Source: Patescibacteria group bacterium (lineage in GTDB: Bacteria > Patescibacteriota > Patescibacteriia > UBA2196). From it: a stretch of 64,000 bases of DNA. Under the pieces are notes generated by a model. That model did no database searches, was not told the DNA's origin, and saw only the letters and a program-made list of their open reading frames with translations. A program made the translations under genes and the position numbers. The DNA is taken from assembly GCA_028748975.1 (NCBI GenBank), contig JAQTPI010000006.1, positions 366 to 64,365 on the forward strand, written 5' to 3'. Below are positions 17,826 through 28,599 of the stretch, one piece after another; position 1 is the first letter of the stretch; every line of letters starts with the position of its first letter.

Positions 17826-20078
17826 ATGAAACAAAAAACTCCCAAACTAGAAATCCCCTCTCCCATCAAACGCGATATTTTGATAATTTTTGTTTTTCTT
17901 CTGGCCATTTTTTCCCTGGCCTCCATGGCCAATCTAACTGGCAAAGCCGGCCAATTTTTGGACCAAATCTGGCAGTGGGTTTTTGGCTGGGGCTGGTGGG
18001 TCTGGCCTTTTGTGCTTTTTATTCTTGGGTTTTTACTGGTCAATAAAGAGCGTTTGCAAATCAAGCTTTTCCGCTGGCTCGGCCTTTTTCTTTTTGTTTT
18101 GTCCTATTCTGGCCTCTTCCATATTTTCTTGGGCCCCACCCAATTTTTAACCGCGGCCAAAAATGGCGCCGGCGGCGGCTATTTGGGCTATGTTATCGCC
18201 TGGCCCTTAAATCAAATTGCTGGTTTTTGGGGCGGGCTCGTCATTCTCTTGGCTCTTTTAATTATTTCCATTCTCTTACTTTCTGAAAAAACTTTGCTGG
18301 AACTAAAAGACGGTTTGGAAACGCCGCGCCTTGGTTTTTTTGACGCGCTTAAAGAAAAATTCCGCCGTCATCAAGACGGTGAGACAGAAGAAGAAATGGT
18401 TCCGGAAGAAATCGGTTTTGAACAAAAAGAAATCGCGGAAAAAGAATTTGGCGCTGAAGAAAAAATCAGCGGCGCGCTCACCGGCGCCTTGCCACTGGAT
18501 CAAAAAGAACTTTTTCCTACCGTCAAAAAACGCCTGCCCAAAATTGATTTGCCTCTGGATTTGTTAAGTGGTAAAACCGGCCAGCCCACGGCCGGCGACA
18601 CCAAAGCCAATCAGGAAGTCATTCGCCGCACTTTTCAATATTTCGGCATTGAAGTGGAAATGGGCGAAATCTCTGTTGGCCCCACCGTCACCGAATACAC
18701 CTTGCGCCCAGCTTCCGGCGTTAAGGTTGCTCAAATTCTTTCTTTAAATAATGATTTGGCCTTGGCTCTGGCCGCCCACCCCATTAGAATTCAAGCGCCG
18801 ATTCCCGGCAAATCTTTGGTCGGCATTGAAGTTCCCAATCAAAAAGTGGCGGTGGTTTCTCTGAAAGATATTTTAATGGCTCCGGAATTCAAACAGCGTC
18901 ATGACGCCCTGACCATCGCCTTGGGTAAAGATGTTTCCGGCAAACCCTGGGTGGCGGATTTGGACCGCATGCCGCATTTGCTTTTAGCCGGCGCCACCGG
19001 TTCTGGCAAAACCGTCTGTTTAAATTCTATTATAATTTCTCTTTTATATGGCAACCAGCCTGATGAATTAAAATTCATCATGATTGATCCCAAGCGGGTG
19101 GAATTGCCAAGTTATAATGGTATTCCGCACCTGATGTGCCCGGTGATTGTGGATGTTAAAAAAACCATTAACGCCCTCCATTGGTCGGTGCGCGAAATGG
19201 AGAAACGTTTTCAAATTCTCTCACACGCCGGCAAAAGAAACATTGCTGCCTACAATGCCGCTCATCCGCAGGAAAAAATTCCCTATCTGGTTATTGTCAT
19301 TGATGAGTTGGCTGATTTAATGGCCACAGCCGCGAACGAAGTGGAGGCCTCCATTGTCCGCTTGGCGCAAATGGCCCGCGCTGTCGGCATTCATTTGGTT
19401 CTGGCCACCCAAAGGCCATCAGTGGAAGTTATCACTGGTTTAATCAAAGCTAATATTACGAGCCGTATTGCTTTTTCCGTGGCTTCGCTCATTGACTCGC
19501 GCACCATTCTTGATTGTTCTGGCGCGGAAAAACTTCTTGGGAGGGGTGACATGCTTTTTTCCACGCCGGAAATTTCCAAACCAAAAAGATTACAGGGCGC
19601 TTTTGTTTCTGATGATGAAATTGAACGGGTAGTTGGTTATTTAAAACAAAAAGGTGAGCCGGATTATGATCCGACCGTTATGGAAAAATTTATTGCTAAT
19701 AATAATCATGGGATTGGCGCGGAAATGGAAGATTCATCTTGGGGCAGTGGTTCTGACGAATCCGATGATCTTCTGCCTGATGCCAAAGAAATTGTCATGC
19801 AAGCTGGCAAAGCCTCGGCCTCATATTTGCAACGGCGTCTGCGCATCGGCTACAGCCGCGCCGCGAGATTATTAGATTTATTGGAAGAACAAGGCATTGT
19901 CGGCCCGGCTGATGGCTCCCGTCCGCGCGAGGTCTTAGTTAAAAAAGGCACGCGGGAAGAAGAAATTATGGATATTGTTAACGGCGAAGCCGAAGAAATC
20001 GGCGAGAATGAAGAAAATTTTGACGACATTCCTGTGCCGGAAAATAATGAGGAAGAAAATGATAATCCAATAATCTAG
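17826..20078 (+). CDS. ftsK: DNA translocase FtsK/SpoIIIE
   Basis: 4-TM N-terminus, PHLLLAGATGSGKT, IDELADLM, ATQRPS, gamma domain LQRRLRIGYSRAAR. Confidence 0.97.
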   Translation: MKQKTPKLEIPSPIKRDILIIFVFLLAIFSLASMANLTGKAGQFLDQIWQWVFGWGWWVWPFVLFILGFLLVNKERLQIKLFRWLGLFLFVLSYSGLFHIFLGPTQFLTAAKNGAGGGYLGYVIAWPLNQIAGFWGGLVILLALLIISILLLSEKTLLELKDGLETPRLGFFDALKEKFRRHQDGETEEEMVPEEIGFEQKEIAEKEFGAEEKISGALTGALPLDQKELFPTVKKRLPKIDLPLDLLSGKTGQPTAGDTKANQEVIRRTFQYFGIEVEMGEISVGPTVTEYTLRPASGVKVAQILSLNNDLALALAAHPIRIQAPIPGKSLVGIEVPNQKVAVVSLKDILMAPEFKQRHDALTIALGKDVSGKPWVADLDRMPHLLLAGATGSGKTVCLNSIIISLLYGNQPDELKFIMIDPKRVELPSYNGIPHLMCPVIVDVKKTINALHWSVREMEKRFQILSHAGKRNIAAYNAAHPQEKIPYLVIVIDELADLMATAANEVEASIVRLAQMARAVGIHLVLATQRPSVEVITGLIKANITSRIAFSVASLIDSRTILDCSGAEKLLGRGDMLFSTPEISKPKRLQGAFVSDDEIERVVGYLKQKGEPDYDPTVMEKFIANNNHGIGAEMEDSSWGSGSDESDDLLPDAKEIVMQAGKASASYLQRRLRIGYSRAARLLDLLEEQGIVGPADGSRPREVLVKKGTREEEIMDIVNGEAEEIGENEENFDDIPVPENNEEENDNPII

Positions 20079-20143
20079 TGAAATAAATTTTTTGTTACTT
20101 TATTACCTTATTACTAGTTACTTATTACTTATTACCCTCGCCC

Positions 20144-20818
20144 ATGGCTCCCTTCCATCTCAAAAAAATCCAACCCCAAAGTGACACCGGCCGCCTGCTT
20201 AAACTTCAAAGAGAGCGGCTGGGTTTGTCTTTGGAAACAATCTCACGCCAGCTGCAAATCAATAAAAACTATCTGGAAGCCATTGAAGAAAGCGCCTGGT
20301 ACAATTTGCCCGGCGAATTCTATGTCACCACTTTTACCAAAAAATATGCCCTGGCCTTGGATTTAAAATGGGAAAAGCTCAAAAAAAATTTCGAAGCCGA
20401 AATAAAATCAACGCGCGGTTTGCTTCGCGATAAAAATTTAAACGCTCCCTCAAAAAAAATCAGCAGCCTGATTCTGCCTCGGCTCATCCGCAAATTTATT
20501 ATTTTTTTAATCGTTCTGTCTCTGCTAACTTATCTTGGGACACAAATCTGGCGCGTAACCGCTCCGCCCAAATTGGTTGTTTTAAATCCAATGGAAGAAC
20601 GCTCTATTCAAAACTCTCCGACCTTAACCATTACCGGCCAGACCGACCCCAAAGCCAAAATCAAAATCAATTCTCTGGAAGTTTCCCCCGATGACACCGG
20701 CTATTTTTCCGCCACTCTTGACTTATCCTACGACTTAAATATAATAAAGGTAGAAGCCAAGAAAAAATATTCCCGCAGCACTATCATAACGAGGAATGTG
20801 GTGTATAATAAAAATTAA
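20144..20818 (+). CDS. RodZ-like HTH membrane protein
   Basis: HTH (G..LK..RE..GLSL...YLEAIE..LPG..Y), TM, C-terminal Ig-like domain, follows ftsK. Confidence 0.8.
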   Translation: MAPFHLKKIQPQSDTGRLLKLQRERLGLSLETISRQLQINKNYLEAIEESAWYNLPGEFYVTTFTKKYALALDLKWEKLKKNFEAEIKSTRGLLRDKNLNAPSKKISSLILPRLIRKFIIFLIVLSLLTYLGTQIWRVTAPPKLVVLNPMEERSIQNSPTLTITGQTDPKAKIKINSLEVSPDDTGYFSATLDLSYDLNIIKVEAKKKYSRSTIITRNVVYNKN

Positions 20819-20944
20819 TTTCTAATTTCTAATTTCTAATTTTTAAACGATTTTTAATGACTTAATTTCTAATGACCGAGGTTCGGTTTTTGCCTCTGGC
20901 AAAAACCGACATATTAGAAATTAAAAATTAAAAATTTTACTTTT

Positions 20945-22003
20945 ATGTCCAAAGAACAAGATCCCAAAGATGAAAAAACTACTGCCACCAACACCGCCGT
21001 GGAAGCCATTCGTGAAAAATTCGGCGATGGCGCCATCATGAAATTTGGCGAAGCCAAAAATATGGTAGTGGATGTCATCCCCACCGGCTGCCTGTCCATT
21101 GACATCGCCCTTGGCATCGGCGGCGTTCCGCGCGGCCGCGTCATTGAAATTTACGGCTCGGAATCTTCCGGCAAAACCACGCTCGCCCAGCACATCATTT
21201 GCGAAGTCCAGCGCCTTGGCGGCACCGCCGCTTTTGTGGACGCCGAACACGCGCTTGACCCCGAATACGCCAAAAAAATCGGCGTCAACATTAATGAGCT
21301 TTTAATTTCCCAGCCCGACTCTGGCGAACAGGCCCTGGATATTGTGGAAACACTGGTCCGCTCCAACAGCATGGATGTGATTGTGATTGACTCGGTGGCC
21401 GCCTTGACCCCGCGCGCGGAAATTGAAGGCGAAATGGGCGATTCGCACATGGCGCTTCAGGCGCGCCTGATGAGCCAGGCACTCCGCAAACTCACCGCCA
21501 TCATTTCTAAAACAAAAACCTGCGTCATTTTTATCAATCAAACTCGCCAAAAAATCGGCGTCTTCTTTGGCAATCCCGAAACCACCACCGGCGGCATGGC
21601 TTTAAAATTTTACGCCTCCGTCCGCATTGAATTGAAGCGTGCCGCGCAGATTAAGATGGGTGAAGTCACTGTTGGCAATCGCGTCAAAGCCAAAATAGTC
21701 AAAAACAAAGTCGCCGCCCCTTTCAAATCCGCCGAATTTGACATCATGTATAATGAGGGAATTTCTCTGCCCGGCGATGTTTTGGATTTGGGTATGCTTC
21801 ATGGGCTTATTAAAAAAGTCGGCACGACTTTTTCCTACGGTGAAATGAAACTTGGCGTCGGCCGCGAAACCGCCAAAAACTTTTTAAGGCAAGATAAAAA
21901 ATTAATGAAAGAAATCAGTAAGCAAATCTGGCACGCGGTCAAAGAACTGGAAAAATCCGGCAAACTTGTTTCCGCCGTTGACGAAGGCGCGGGCGAGGAA
22001 TAA
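20945..22003 (+). CDS. recA: recombinase RecA
   Basis: [40 protein letters not shown]. Confidence 0.99.
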   Translation: MSKEQDPKDEKTTATNTAVEAIREKFGDGAIMKFGEAKNMVVDVIPTGCLSIDIALGIGGVPRGRVIEIYGSESSGKTTLAQHIICEVQRLGGTAAFVDAEHALDPEYAKKIGVNINELLISQPDSGEQALDIVETLVRSNSMDVIVIDSVAALTPRAEIEGEMGDSHMALQARLMSQALRKLTAIISKTKTCVIFINQTRQKIGVFFGNPETTTGGMALKFYASVRIELKRAAQIKMGEVTVGNRVKAKIVKNKVAAPFKSAEFDIMYNEGISLPGDVLDLGMLHGLIKKVGTTFSYGEMKLGVGRETAKNFLRQDKKLMKEISKQIWHAVKELEKSGKLVSAVDEGAGEE

Positions 22004-22087
22004 TAAAAATAATAATTTAGAAAAAAAACACCCCGCTTTTACCAGCGGGGTTTTTGAAAGTAATAATTTTTGAAAAAATCATCAAAT

Positions 22088-22411
22088 TTATATAATGTTA
22101 TCTTTTTTGAGAAAATTACCAAACTTATAAAACGGCTTCCAAAAAAATTTTGTTATTGGAAATTTTCCAAATTCCGGATATTTCGATGGTTGCTTATTAA
22201 AAGAAATAATAAAGGCTATCAAAACAAGGCAGAGATCGCTTGGTAAACTAATTCCTAGAGAAGCTAAAGAAATAGTACCAAGGACAAAAAAGCAAATAAC
22301 GCAACTTAACGCAGTGAGTGTGGTTAAACAAATATCAATAACAAGTTCTCCTATGGTAGATTCTTGCTCTTCCTTTTTCTGTGTCCCCGAGGGTGATGTT
22401 AATTTTTTCAT
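22088..22411 (-). CDS. small membrane protein (paralogue of 22891-23184)
   Basis: two TMs, ISFNK..SKYPEFGKFPITKFFWKP. Confidence 0.75.
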   Translation of the reverse strand: MKKLTSPSGTQKKEEQESTIGELVIDICLTTLTALSCVICFFVLGTISLASLGISLPSDLCLVLIAFIISFNKQPSKYPEFGKFPITKFFWKPFYKFGNFLKKDNII

Positions 22412-22479
22412 TTTCTTTTCCTCCTTGCCCCGATCCGCCAGCTGTCAGATAACAGAGGCGAGCGAAGGGCTTTTTTAAA

Positions 22480-22764
22480 TCAACGGTGGGTAACGAAAAA
22501 AATAGAATCATCTTTTGGATTATCCTCAATCCAAAACTTAAATCCACTATCTGGTTTTAAAAGAATTTCCGTCAAAATTTCACAAACTTCCCGTGTGTCT
22601 TGAGGATTAATTTGAGCGACATTACGGCAACTTCTCACAACAAAACGCCAATTAAGCGGACTGTTTCCGCTAAAAAGATCTCCTGTATACCTTGCTTTTA
22701 ATTTCTCCCGTAAAACTTCTGCTACTTCCCCGTCTTTAACAAATACCATTTTTGTAAATGACAC
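22480..22764 (-). CDS. hypothetical protein
   Basis: GTG start with AAGGAGG SD. Confidence 0.65.
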   Translation of the reverse strand: MSFTKMVFVKDGEVAEVLREKLKARYTGDLFSGNSPLNWRFVVRSCRNVAQINPQDTREVCEILTEILLKPDSGFKFWIEDNPKDDSIFFVTHR

Positions 22765-22890
22765 GTTTCGCCTCCTTGTTTTTTGATTATGAAAGAATTT
22801 TTGTTTTTAATCTCTCTTTCTGAACCAGCCATTTTGATGACGGCCTCGGAAAGATTCCCGAAGTCATTGGAGCTTCGGGAAATATTTATT

Positions 22891-23184
22891 TTAAAGACTA
22901 AAACACTTTCTTATGTTTTCAATAGTCCAATCAAGTGGTTTCCAAAATATTTTGGTTATCGGAAACTTCCCGAATTCTGGGTAGCTAAATTTATTAAAAG
23001 AAATCAACAATGCGACAATTGCCAATATTAAATCTATCGGCAAACTAATCACCAAAGAGATAATTTCTAAAATAAACAAAATAACAGCAAAAATCCAAAT
23101 AAACAAAAAAAGCATGATTCCTATAATAGGAAAAAGAAATTTTTCTCCCACTGTTAATCTTGTTTCCTTTTCTTTGCTACTCAT
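22891..23184 (-). CDS. small membrane protein (paralogue of 22088-22411)
   Basis: AAGGAGG SD before MSSKEK, ISFNKFSYPEFGKFPITKIFWKP. Confidence 0.75.
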   Translation of the reverse strand: MSSKEKETRLTVGEKFLFPIIGIMLFLFIWIFAVILFILEIISLVISLPIDLILAIVALLISFNKFSYPEFGKFPITKIFWKPLDWTIENIRKCFSL

Positions 23185-23399
23185 TTTATCCTCCTTGTTT
23201 TTATTTGTTAGGTAAATTTGGCGTCTCCAAATTACAAACCTATTATATGCCAAAACAGAAAAAGTGTCTATAATAGAACACTAAAATTAATATAAAATTT
23301 GGCTGAAATTAGCCAAAAATAATTATTTTATCAAATTTTGTCGAGCCAACTTGACACAAAATCAGGTTTGGATGTATAATTAATAACAAAAACCCCTAT

Positions 23400-23540
23400 A
23401 TGCGCCTATCGGCGAATACATAATAACAACCACCCCGCTCGCTCTCGCTCGCACCCCTCCTTCGAAAGGAGGGGATAATCGCGCCGCTATCCTCCCCTTT
23501 CGAAGGGGAGGTCTCCAACAGCAGTCGGAGGGAGGGATTG
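23400..23540. repeat. CCCCTCC/GGAGGGG palindromic element
   Basis: hairpins CCCCTCCTTCGAAAGGAGGGG and CCTCCCCTTTCGAAGGGGAGG, related unit plus shared CGCCTATCGGCG at about 28650-28705. Confidence 0.65.
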
Positions 23541-23557
23541 TAATAAAGTAATTTTCT

Positions 23558-24382
23558 ATGCTCAACCTCCTCATCAAACTCGGCTTAGACGAAAACGAAG
23601 CCAAAATCTATTTGGCTTTATTAGAGTTGGGTCCGGCTCTGGTTACGGAAATCGGGCAAAAAGCCGACGTCGGCCGCACCACCTGTTATGACGTTTTGGA
23701 ACGCCTGGTCAAACATAACCTCGTTACCTACGCTTCCGGCCAGGCCGCCAAAAGAAAATATTCCGCTATGCCGCCCCATAACTTGGTTGGTTTCTTGGAG
23801 CGCAAACACCGGCAACAGGAAAAACAATTAGTGGAATTAAAAGAAAAAATGCCGGAATTAAAAATGCTCTATAAAGAAACCGAGCGCCCGACTGTCAAAT
23901 TTTTTGAAGGGGTGGAAGGCGTCAAATCAATTTACGCTGAAACCCTCAAAGCCAAGGGCGAAATTCTGTCAGTGGGCGACTGCGAAGAATGGGACACGCC
24001 CGAACTTTCCGTCTGGGGCGCCAATTACAACCGCCAGCGCTCAAAATTAAAAATTAAAGAACGGGTCATAATCCCGGCTGGCGAAAAAACTATTAATTGG
24101 TTTATTGATTACCCCACCACCAAAAAATATACCGAATTCCGAATTCTGCCCAAAGAAAAGATCAATTATCTTTTTTACAGCGAAATCAATATTTATGATG
24201 ACAAGGTGGTCATCGCGCTTTTAAAAAGGCCCAATCGTCTGGGCATCATGATCACCAGCCGGCAATTTGCCAATCTGTTGCGCGCTCTTTTTGAAATGGC
24301 TTGGCTGGCAGCGGAAAAATACCCAGGTGAAAAATATGGCAAGGAACTACTCAAAAAGAAAAATTTTGTCCAACCGGCTTGA
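23558..24382 (+). CDS. TrmB-family transcriptional regulator
   Basis: LGL..NEAKIYLALLELG...RTTCYDVLERL wHTH, VKFFEGVEG, EINIYDDKV. Confidence 0.88.
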   Translation: MLNLLIKLGLDENEAKIYLALLELGPALVTEIGQKADVGRTTCYDVLERLVKHNLVTYASGQAAKRKYSAMPPHNLVGFLERKHRQQEKQLVELKEKMPELKMLYKETERPTVKFFEGVEGVKSIYAETLKAKGEILSVGDCEEWDTPELSVWGANYNRQRSKLKIKERVIIPAGEKTINWFIDYPTTKKYTEFRILPKEKINYLFYSEINIYDDKVVIALLKRPNRLGIMITSRQFANLLRALFEMAWLAAEKYPGEKYGKELLKKKNFVQPA

Positions 24383-24472
24383 CAAACTTCCCTTTCTGCG
24401 CTAAGATGGCTAAGCTAACTTTCTTTGACAATCACCCGCCATTTTAAGGGAAAACAATCAAAAAGGAGGAAA

Positions 24473-25150
24473 ATGTACGCTAAAAAGCTGTTTTTTGTGC
24501 CGTTTCTAGCCACGCTGATTATTGGGAGTTGTATTTTTACCGCTCCCCTCAGTGGCGGAAAAAAAACTAATTTTGCCAAAAATAGAGAAAAAGAATTGCT
24601 CAAGCAAACGCTCTTCCTCGTTAAAAACGATAGTCTGGATTTAAAAAATAATCCGATCGTGGAAAGAAGAAATAATTTTATTATCGTCAACGAGGTTGAT
24701 CTCGCTCTGAGGTTAAAAGGGATTGATGGTAATGGCATTTCCAGTTATGTCATTTCCGAAGATAGTGTCTGGATTTCGTTTCAAAGAAGTTTTAAATTAG
24801 AAGCCGGTGATGAGGCGACCCTGAATAGAATAATTAATTTGGTTGCTTGGAGTTTCGAGCTGCAAGCCGCCGAAAAGAAAAATGCTCAAAACATTAAAAA
24901 TATTCTTTCTCTTGGTCCGCAAAATCCGTTCTCTTTAAACACGGAGCTGGTGCGCATCAACGCCGATACCGTCATCTGTGGTAAAAAAATAATCAGGCAA
25001 AAAGTACGGCCCCGAGCTTTTATTGATCTGGTGCCTTACAAAAAAGAACTGGAAGATAATAATAAAATTCTGGAACAAGTTTATCGAAGGATGGAAACAA
25101 TCAAGCGGGAAAAAACAATTAATTCACTATCATGGGGAATTAAATCATAA
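24473..25150 (+). CDS. hypothetical exported protein
   Basis: AAGGAGG SD, signal-like N-terminus, own promoter (TTGACA 24379) and terminator 25157-25188. Confidence 0.7.
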   Translation: MYAKKLFFVPFLATLIIGSCIFTAPLSGGKKTNFAKNREKELLKQTLFLVKNDSLDLKNNPIVERRNNFIIVNEVDLALRLKGIDGNGISSYVISEDSVWISFQRSFKLEAGDEATLNRIINLVAWSFELQAAEKKNAQNIKNILSLGPQNPFSLNTELVRINADTVICGKKIIRQKVRPRAFIDLVPYKKELEDNNKILEQVYRRMETIKREKTINSLSWGIKS

Positions 25151-25291
25151 GAAACAAAAGGCTGGCGCCACTGCGCCAGCCTTTTTTATATTTATTTTAA
25201 AAATTTTTATAATCCTTTAATTCGTTAATTCGTTAATCCGTTAATAAATAATTCTTAAATTCTATCCTCATTTTTCATTATTCATTTTTCA

Positions 25292-25855
25292 TTATTCCGT
25301 TACGCGCTCCACATATTCTCCTGTTTCCGTATTAACTCTAATCAAAGCGCCTTCTTCCAAAAATAAAGGCGCGTTAACCACGGCACCGGTTTCCAGAGTC
25401 ACCGCTTTAAAACCGCCCGTGGCCGTGTTGCCTTTCACCCCCGGCGGCGCCGAGACAACTTTCAGCACGACTTTCGGCGGCAATTCCACCCCAATCACAT
25501 TATCTTCATAAAAAACCAAATTTACTTCCTGCGATTCTTTCAAAAATTTGGCGCCTTCGCCCACCATCTCCGCGCTTAAATAGTGCTGTTCATAATTTTC
25601 GCTCTCCATGAAACAAAAATTTTCTTTTTCTTTATACAAAAAACTGGCTTTCCGGCGAGCCACGTCCGCCTCTTCCACGCTTTCGCCCTGCTTGAAACTG
25701 TATTCCACCACTTGGCCCGTCTTGATGTTTTTCAATTTGGTCTGCATCACCGGCTTCCGCTGTTGCATGCGCAAAAACTTGGCGTCCATCACCACGTAGG
25801 GGTCGCCATTATATTTGATAATCAAGCCTTTTTTGATGTCAGTTAGAGAGGACAT
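25292..25855 (-). CDS. efp: elongation factor P
   Basis: overall EF-P pattern, PPGVKGNTA, LETG, VNTETGEYVER. Tip loop reads RMQQR. Confidence 0.95.
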   Translation of the reverse strand: MSSLTDIKKGLIIKYNGDPYVVMDAKFLRMQQRKPVMQTKLKNIKTGQVVEYSFKQGESVEEADVARRKASFLYKEKENFCFMESENYEQHYLSAEMVGEGAKFLKESQEVNLVFYEDNVIGVELPPKVVLKVVSAPPGVKGNTATGGFKAVTLETGAVVNAPLFLEEGALIRVNTETGEYVERVTE

Positions 25856-26008
25856 AAAATGTAAAATAATAAACCCGCCTTCGTTCCTTAACATCCCTTT
25901 AACACTCCGGCGGGTAAACTCCAATTCTTGTCTGATGACAAGTTCTAAAAACAGGAGCCTGTCCGCCGGAGCGATAATGGGTCGCTAGGGAGCGGAGGCG
26001 GACAAAAT

Positions 26009-26242
26009 TTATTGTTTCACAAACGGCATCAGCCCCATGATGCGGGCGCGCTTAATGGCGCGGGAAGCCGCTCTTTGATGCTTGGCGCAAAGGCCGGTAC
26101 TGCGGCGCGGCACGATTCTGGCATAATGCGAAAAAAAACGCTGGAGCACTTGCGTGTCCTGCCAATCCACATTGCAGTTGTTGGCGCAATAATAGCAGTG
26201 TTTTTCTTCTGGCTGTTGTTGTGTATTATTTTTGGTAAACAT
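26009..26242 (-). CDS. rpsR: 30S ribosomal protein S18
   Basis: CYYC, TGLCAKHQR..AIKRARIMGLMPF. Confidence 0.95.
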   Translation of the reverse strand: MFTKNNTQQQPEEKHCYYCANNCNVDWQDTQVLQRFFSHYARIVPRRSTGLCAKHQRAASRAIKRARIMGLMPFVKQ

Positions 26243-26322
26243 AATATCTACTTATGACCTACAACTTACAACTTTTATCATCGGTTGTTTGTTGCCAGTT
26301 GTTAGTCGTTGGTTGTTAGTTG

Positions 26323-26820
26323 TTAAAACGGCACCACTTCTTCATCTCCCGTTACTGTTTCTGCCTCTTCCATCACCAAGGGCGCTTCTTCCACCTGAAT
26401 CACGGGGATTTCATCAATTGGCGCGACTGGAACGGCGGCCGGCTTCGGAGCAAAATTATTAGCTCCGCCAGCTGCCGCTGTGCCTGATCCCACGGCTTTT
26501 GGTCCCATCTGAAAATTTTCCGCCACCACTTCAGTGCGGTATCTTTTTACGCCGTCTTGCCCCACCCAATTCCTGGTTTGTAATCTTCCCTCCACCATCA
26601 CTGTCTGGCCTTTTTTCAAATATTGTCCGGCCACTTCTGCCAGACGCGCCCAAACCACGATGTTATGAAATTCCGCCTGTTCCTGCTTGGCGCCGGCTTT
26701 ATCGGTCCAAGTGCGGTTGGTGGCCATACTGAAAGAAGCCACTGTCTGGCCGGTAGAAGTATTGCGCACTTCTGGGTCCTGGGTCAATCGACCGATTAAA
26801 AAGACTTTGTTAAGATTCAT
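26323..26820 (-). CDS. ssb: single-stranded DNA-binding protein
   Basis: LNKVFLIGRLTQDPE, EGRLQTR, acidic C-terminal ..VPF. Confidence 0.98.
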   Translation of the reverse strand: MNLNKVFLIGRLTQDPEVRNTSTGQTVASFSMATNRTWTDKAGAKQEQAEFHNIVVWARLAEVAGQYLKKGQTVMVEGRLQTRNWVGQDGVKRYRTEVVAENFQMGPKAVGSGTAAAGGANNFAPKPAAVPVAPIDEIPVIQVEEAPLVMEEAETVTGDEEVVPF

Positions 26821-26945
26821 AAATTTAATTTCTAATTCCTAATTACCAATTTCTAATGAAATGCCAAATGTTAAATGTCCAAAATTCGGTTTTTGCCAAA
26901 GGCAAAAACCGACAGATTGGAAATTAGAAATTGAAAATTGGAAAT

Positions 26946-27389
26946 TTAATTACTCACTTCTTCCCCCAAAATTTCATCCAGCTTCTTATCCAAATCCTCC
27001 ATGCTCATTTTTTTTGCTTCCGCGTGGGTAGTTGTTTTATATTCTTCTGTAGTAGTCGCCGTCTCTTTTTTAAAAATTGATCGGCGTGGTGACGCCACTG
27101 GCGCGCGTTTGGGTTTAGAAACTTGATAACGGACAACTTCTGATATTAATTTCAGCTTTTTTTCCAAATCCAAAACCATCGCGGGATTCATTTCCAGATA
27201 AAAATTCAAATAAATCCCGTTTCTGATTTTTTTAATGGCATAGGCCAGCCGTTTATGCGACGGTTCGTCAGCTCTTTTAATTTCTCCGCCTAAGCCCTTA
27301 ATTGTTTCGCCAATTTTAACACCCGCTTCTTTCACCAAATCTTCGCTCAAAGTGCCGGGTAAAATCACGCTTAGTTCGTAATTGGTCAT
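26946..27389 (-). CDS. rpsF: 30S ribosomal protein S6
   Basis: YEL..I, KRLAYAIKK...G.Y, rpsF-ssb-rpsR order. Confidence 0.93.
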   Translation of the reverse strand: MTNYELSVILPGTLSEDLVKEAGVKIGETIKGLGGEIKRADEPSHKRLAYAIKKIRNGIYLNFYLEMNPAMVLDLEKKLKLISEVVRYQVSKPKRAPVASPRRSIFKKETATTTEEYKTTTHAEAKKMSMEDLDKKLDEILGEEVSN

Positions 27390-27540
27390 AAGATCAATGC
27401 GAATTAGTAGCGAATTACCAGCGAATTATGCGAATAAGCGCAGAATAATCTGTTCGCAAAATTCGCACAAAATTCGTAAGTAATTCGCATATAAATTACT
27501 TATAAGTATCTTATCATGTCTTGAAATTCTTGGCAAGTCC

Positions 27541-28599
27541 TTAGGTATTCACGTGAAAATAAACTGTGTCCCCGTCTTTTATCTCATAATCCTTGCCTTC
27601 CAGCCGCACCAGGCCTTTTTCTTTTGCCTTAACCCAGCCGCCCACCTCCACGAATTTCTCCCAAGGGCAAACCTCTGCTCGAATAAATCCTTTAATAAAA
27701 TCAGTATGAATCACCCCGGCCGCTTCCGGCGCTTTGGCGCCTTTCACCACAGTCCAAGCGCGCGTTTCTTTTTCGCCCGAAGTCAAAAAAGTTACCAGAT
27801 TCAAAATTTCATAACTTTTAATGATTAATTTTTCCAAACCGGTGTGTTCAATCTTCAATTCGCGCAAATAATCTTTCAGCTCGGCTTCTGGCAATTCGGC
27901 CAATTCCGCTTCCAGTTTGGCATTCACAAACAGCGCGCCATCCTTGATTGTTTCCGGCGCGAATTTTTCATCCACGTTGTAGACAAAAATAATCGGCTTA
28001 GCTGTCAGCAAATTTAATTCTTTGATTATTTGTTTTTCGTCATCGTGTTGCCACTCAATTTCATTGGCCAGTTTGCCTTCATCCAATTTTTCTTTTAATG
28101 TCTTTAAAACACCTAACATTTTTAAAGAATTTTTATCACCCGCTTTGGCCTCTTTTTGTGCCGTGCTTAATCTTTTTTCCACGGTTTGCAAATCCGCCAT
28201 GGCCAATTCCAAATGAATGATGCTCTTGTCGCGCTCGGCATCCACCTCGCCTTCCACGTGAATTATATTTTTGTCTTCAAACTCGCGCAATACTTCCACA
28301 ATGGCATCAGTCTCGCGAATATGGGAGAGAAATTGGTTGCCCAGCCCCTCGCCCTGATGCGCGTTTTTAACCAGCCCCGCGATATCTACAAATTCAATCG
28401 TGGTCGGAATAATTTGCTTGGATTTGGAAATTACTGCCAGTTTTTCCAAGCGCTCATCGGGTACCTCAACCACGCCGACATTGGGATCAATGGTGCAAAA
28501 AGGATAATTGGCAATCTCAATTTGTTTTTTCGTCAGCGCCTTAAACAGGGTGGATTTGCCCACATTCGGCAAGCCGACAATTCCAATCTTAAAAGACAT
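27541..28599 (-). CDS. ychF: redox-regulated ATPase YchF
   Basis: GIVGLPNVGKST, NYPFCTIDPN, DIAGLV, GEGLGNQFL, TGS domain. Confidence 0.98.
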   Translation of the reverse strand: MSFKIGIVGLPNVGKSTLFKALTKKQIEIANYPFCTIDPNVGVVEVPDERLEKLAVISKSKQIIPTTIEFVDIAGLVKNAHQGEGLGNQFLSHIRETDAIVEVLREFEDKNIIHVEGEVDAERDKSIIHLELAMADLQTVEKRLSTAQKEAKAGDKNSLKMLGVLKTLKEKLDEGKLANEIEWQHDDEKQIIKELNLLTAKPIIFVYNVDEKFAPETIKDGALFVNAKLEAELAELPEAELKDYLRELKIEHTGLEKLIIKSYEILNLVTFLTSGEKETRAWTVVKGAKAPEAAGVIHTDFIKGFIRAEVCPWEKFVEVGGWVKAKEKGLVRLEGKDYEIKDGDTVYFHVNT

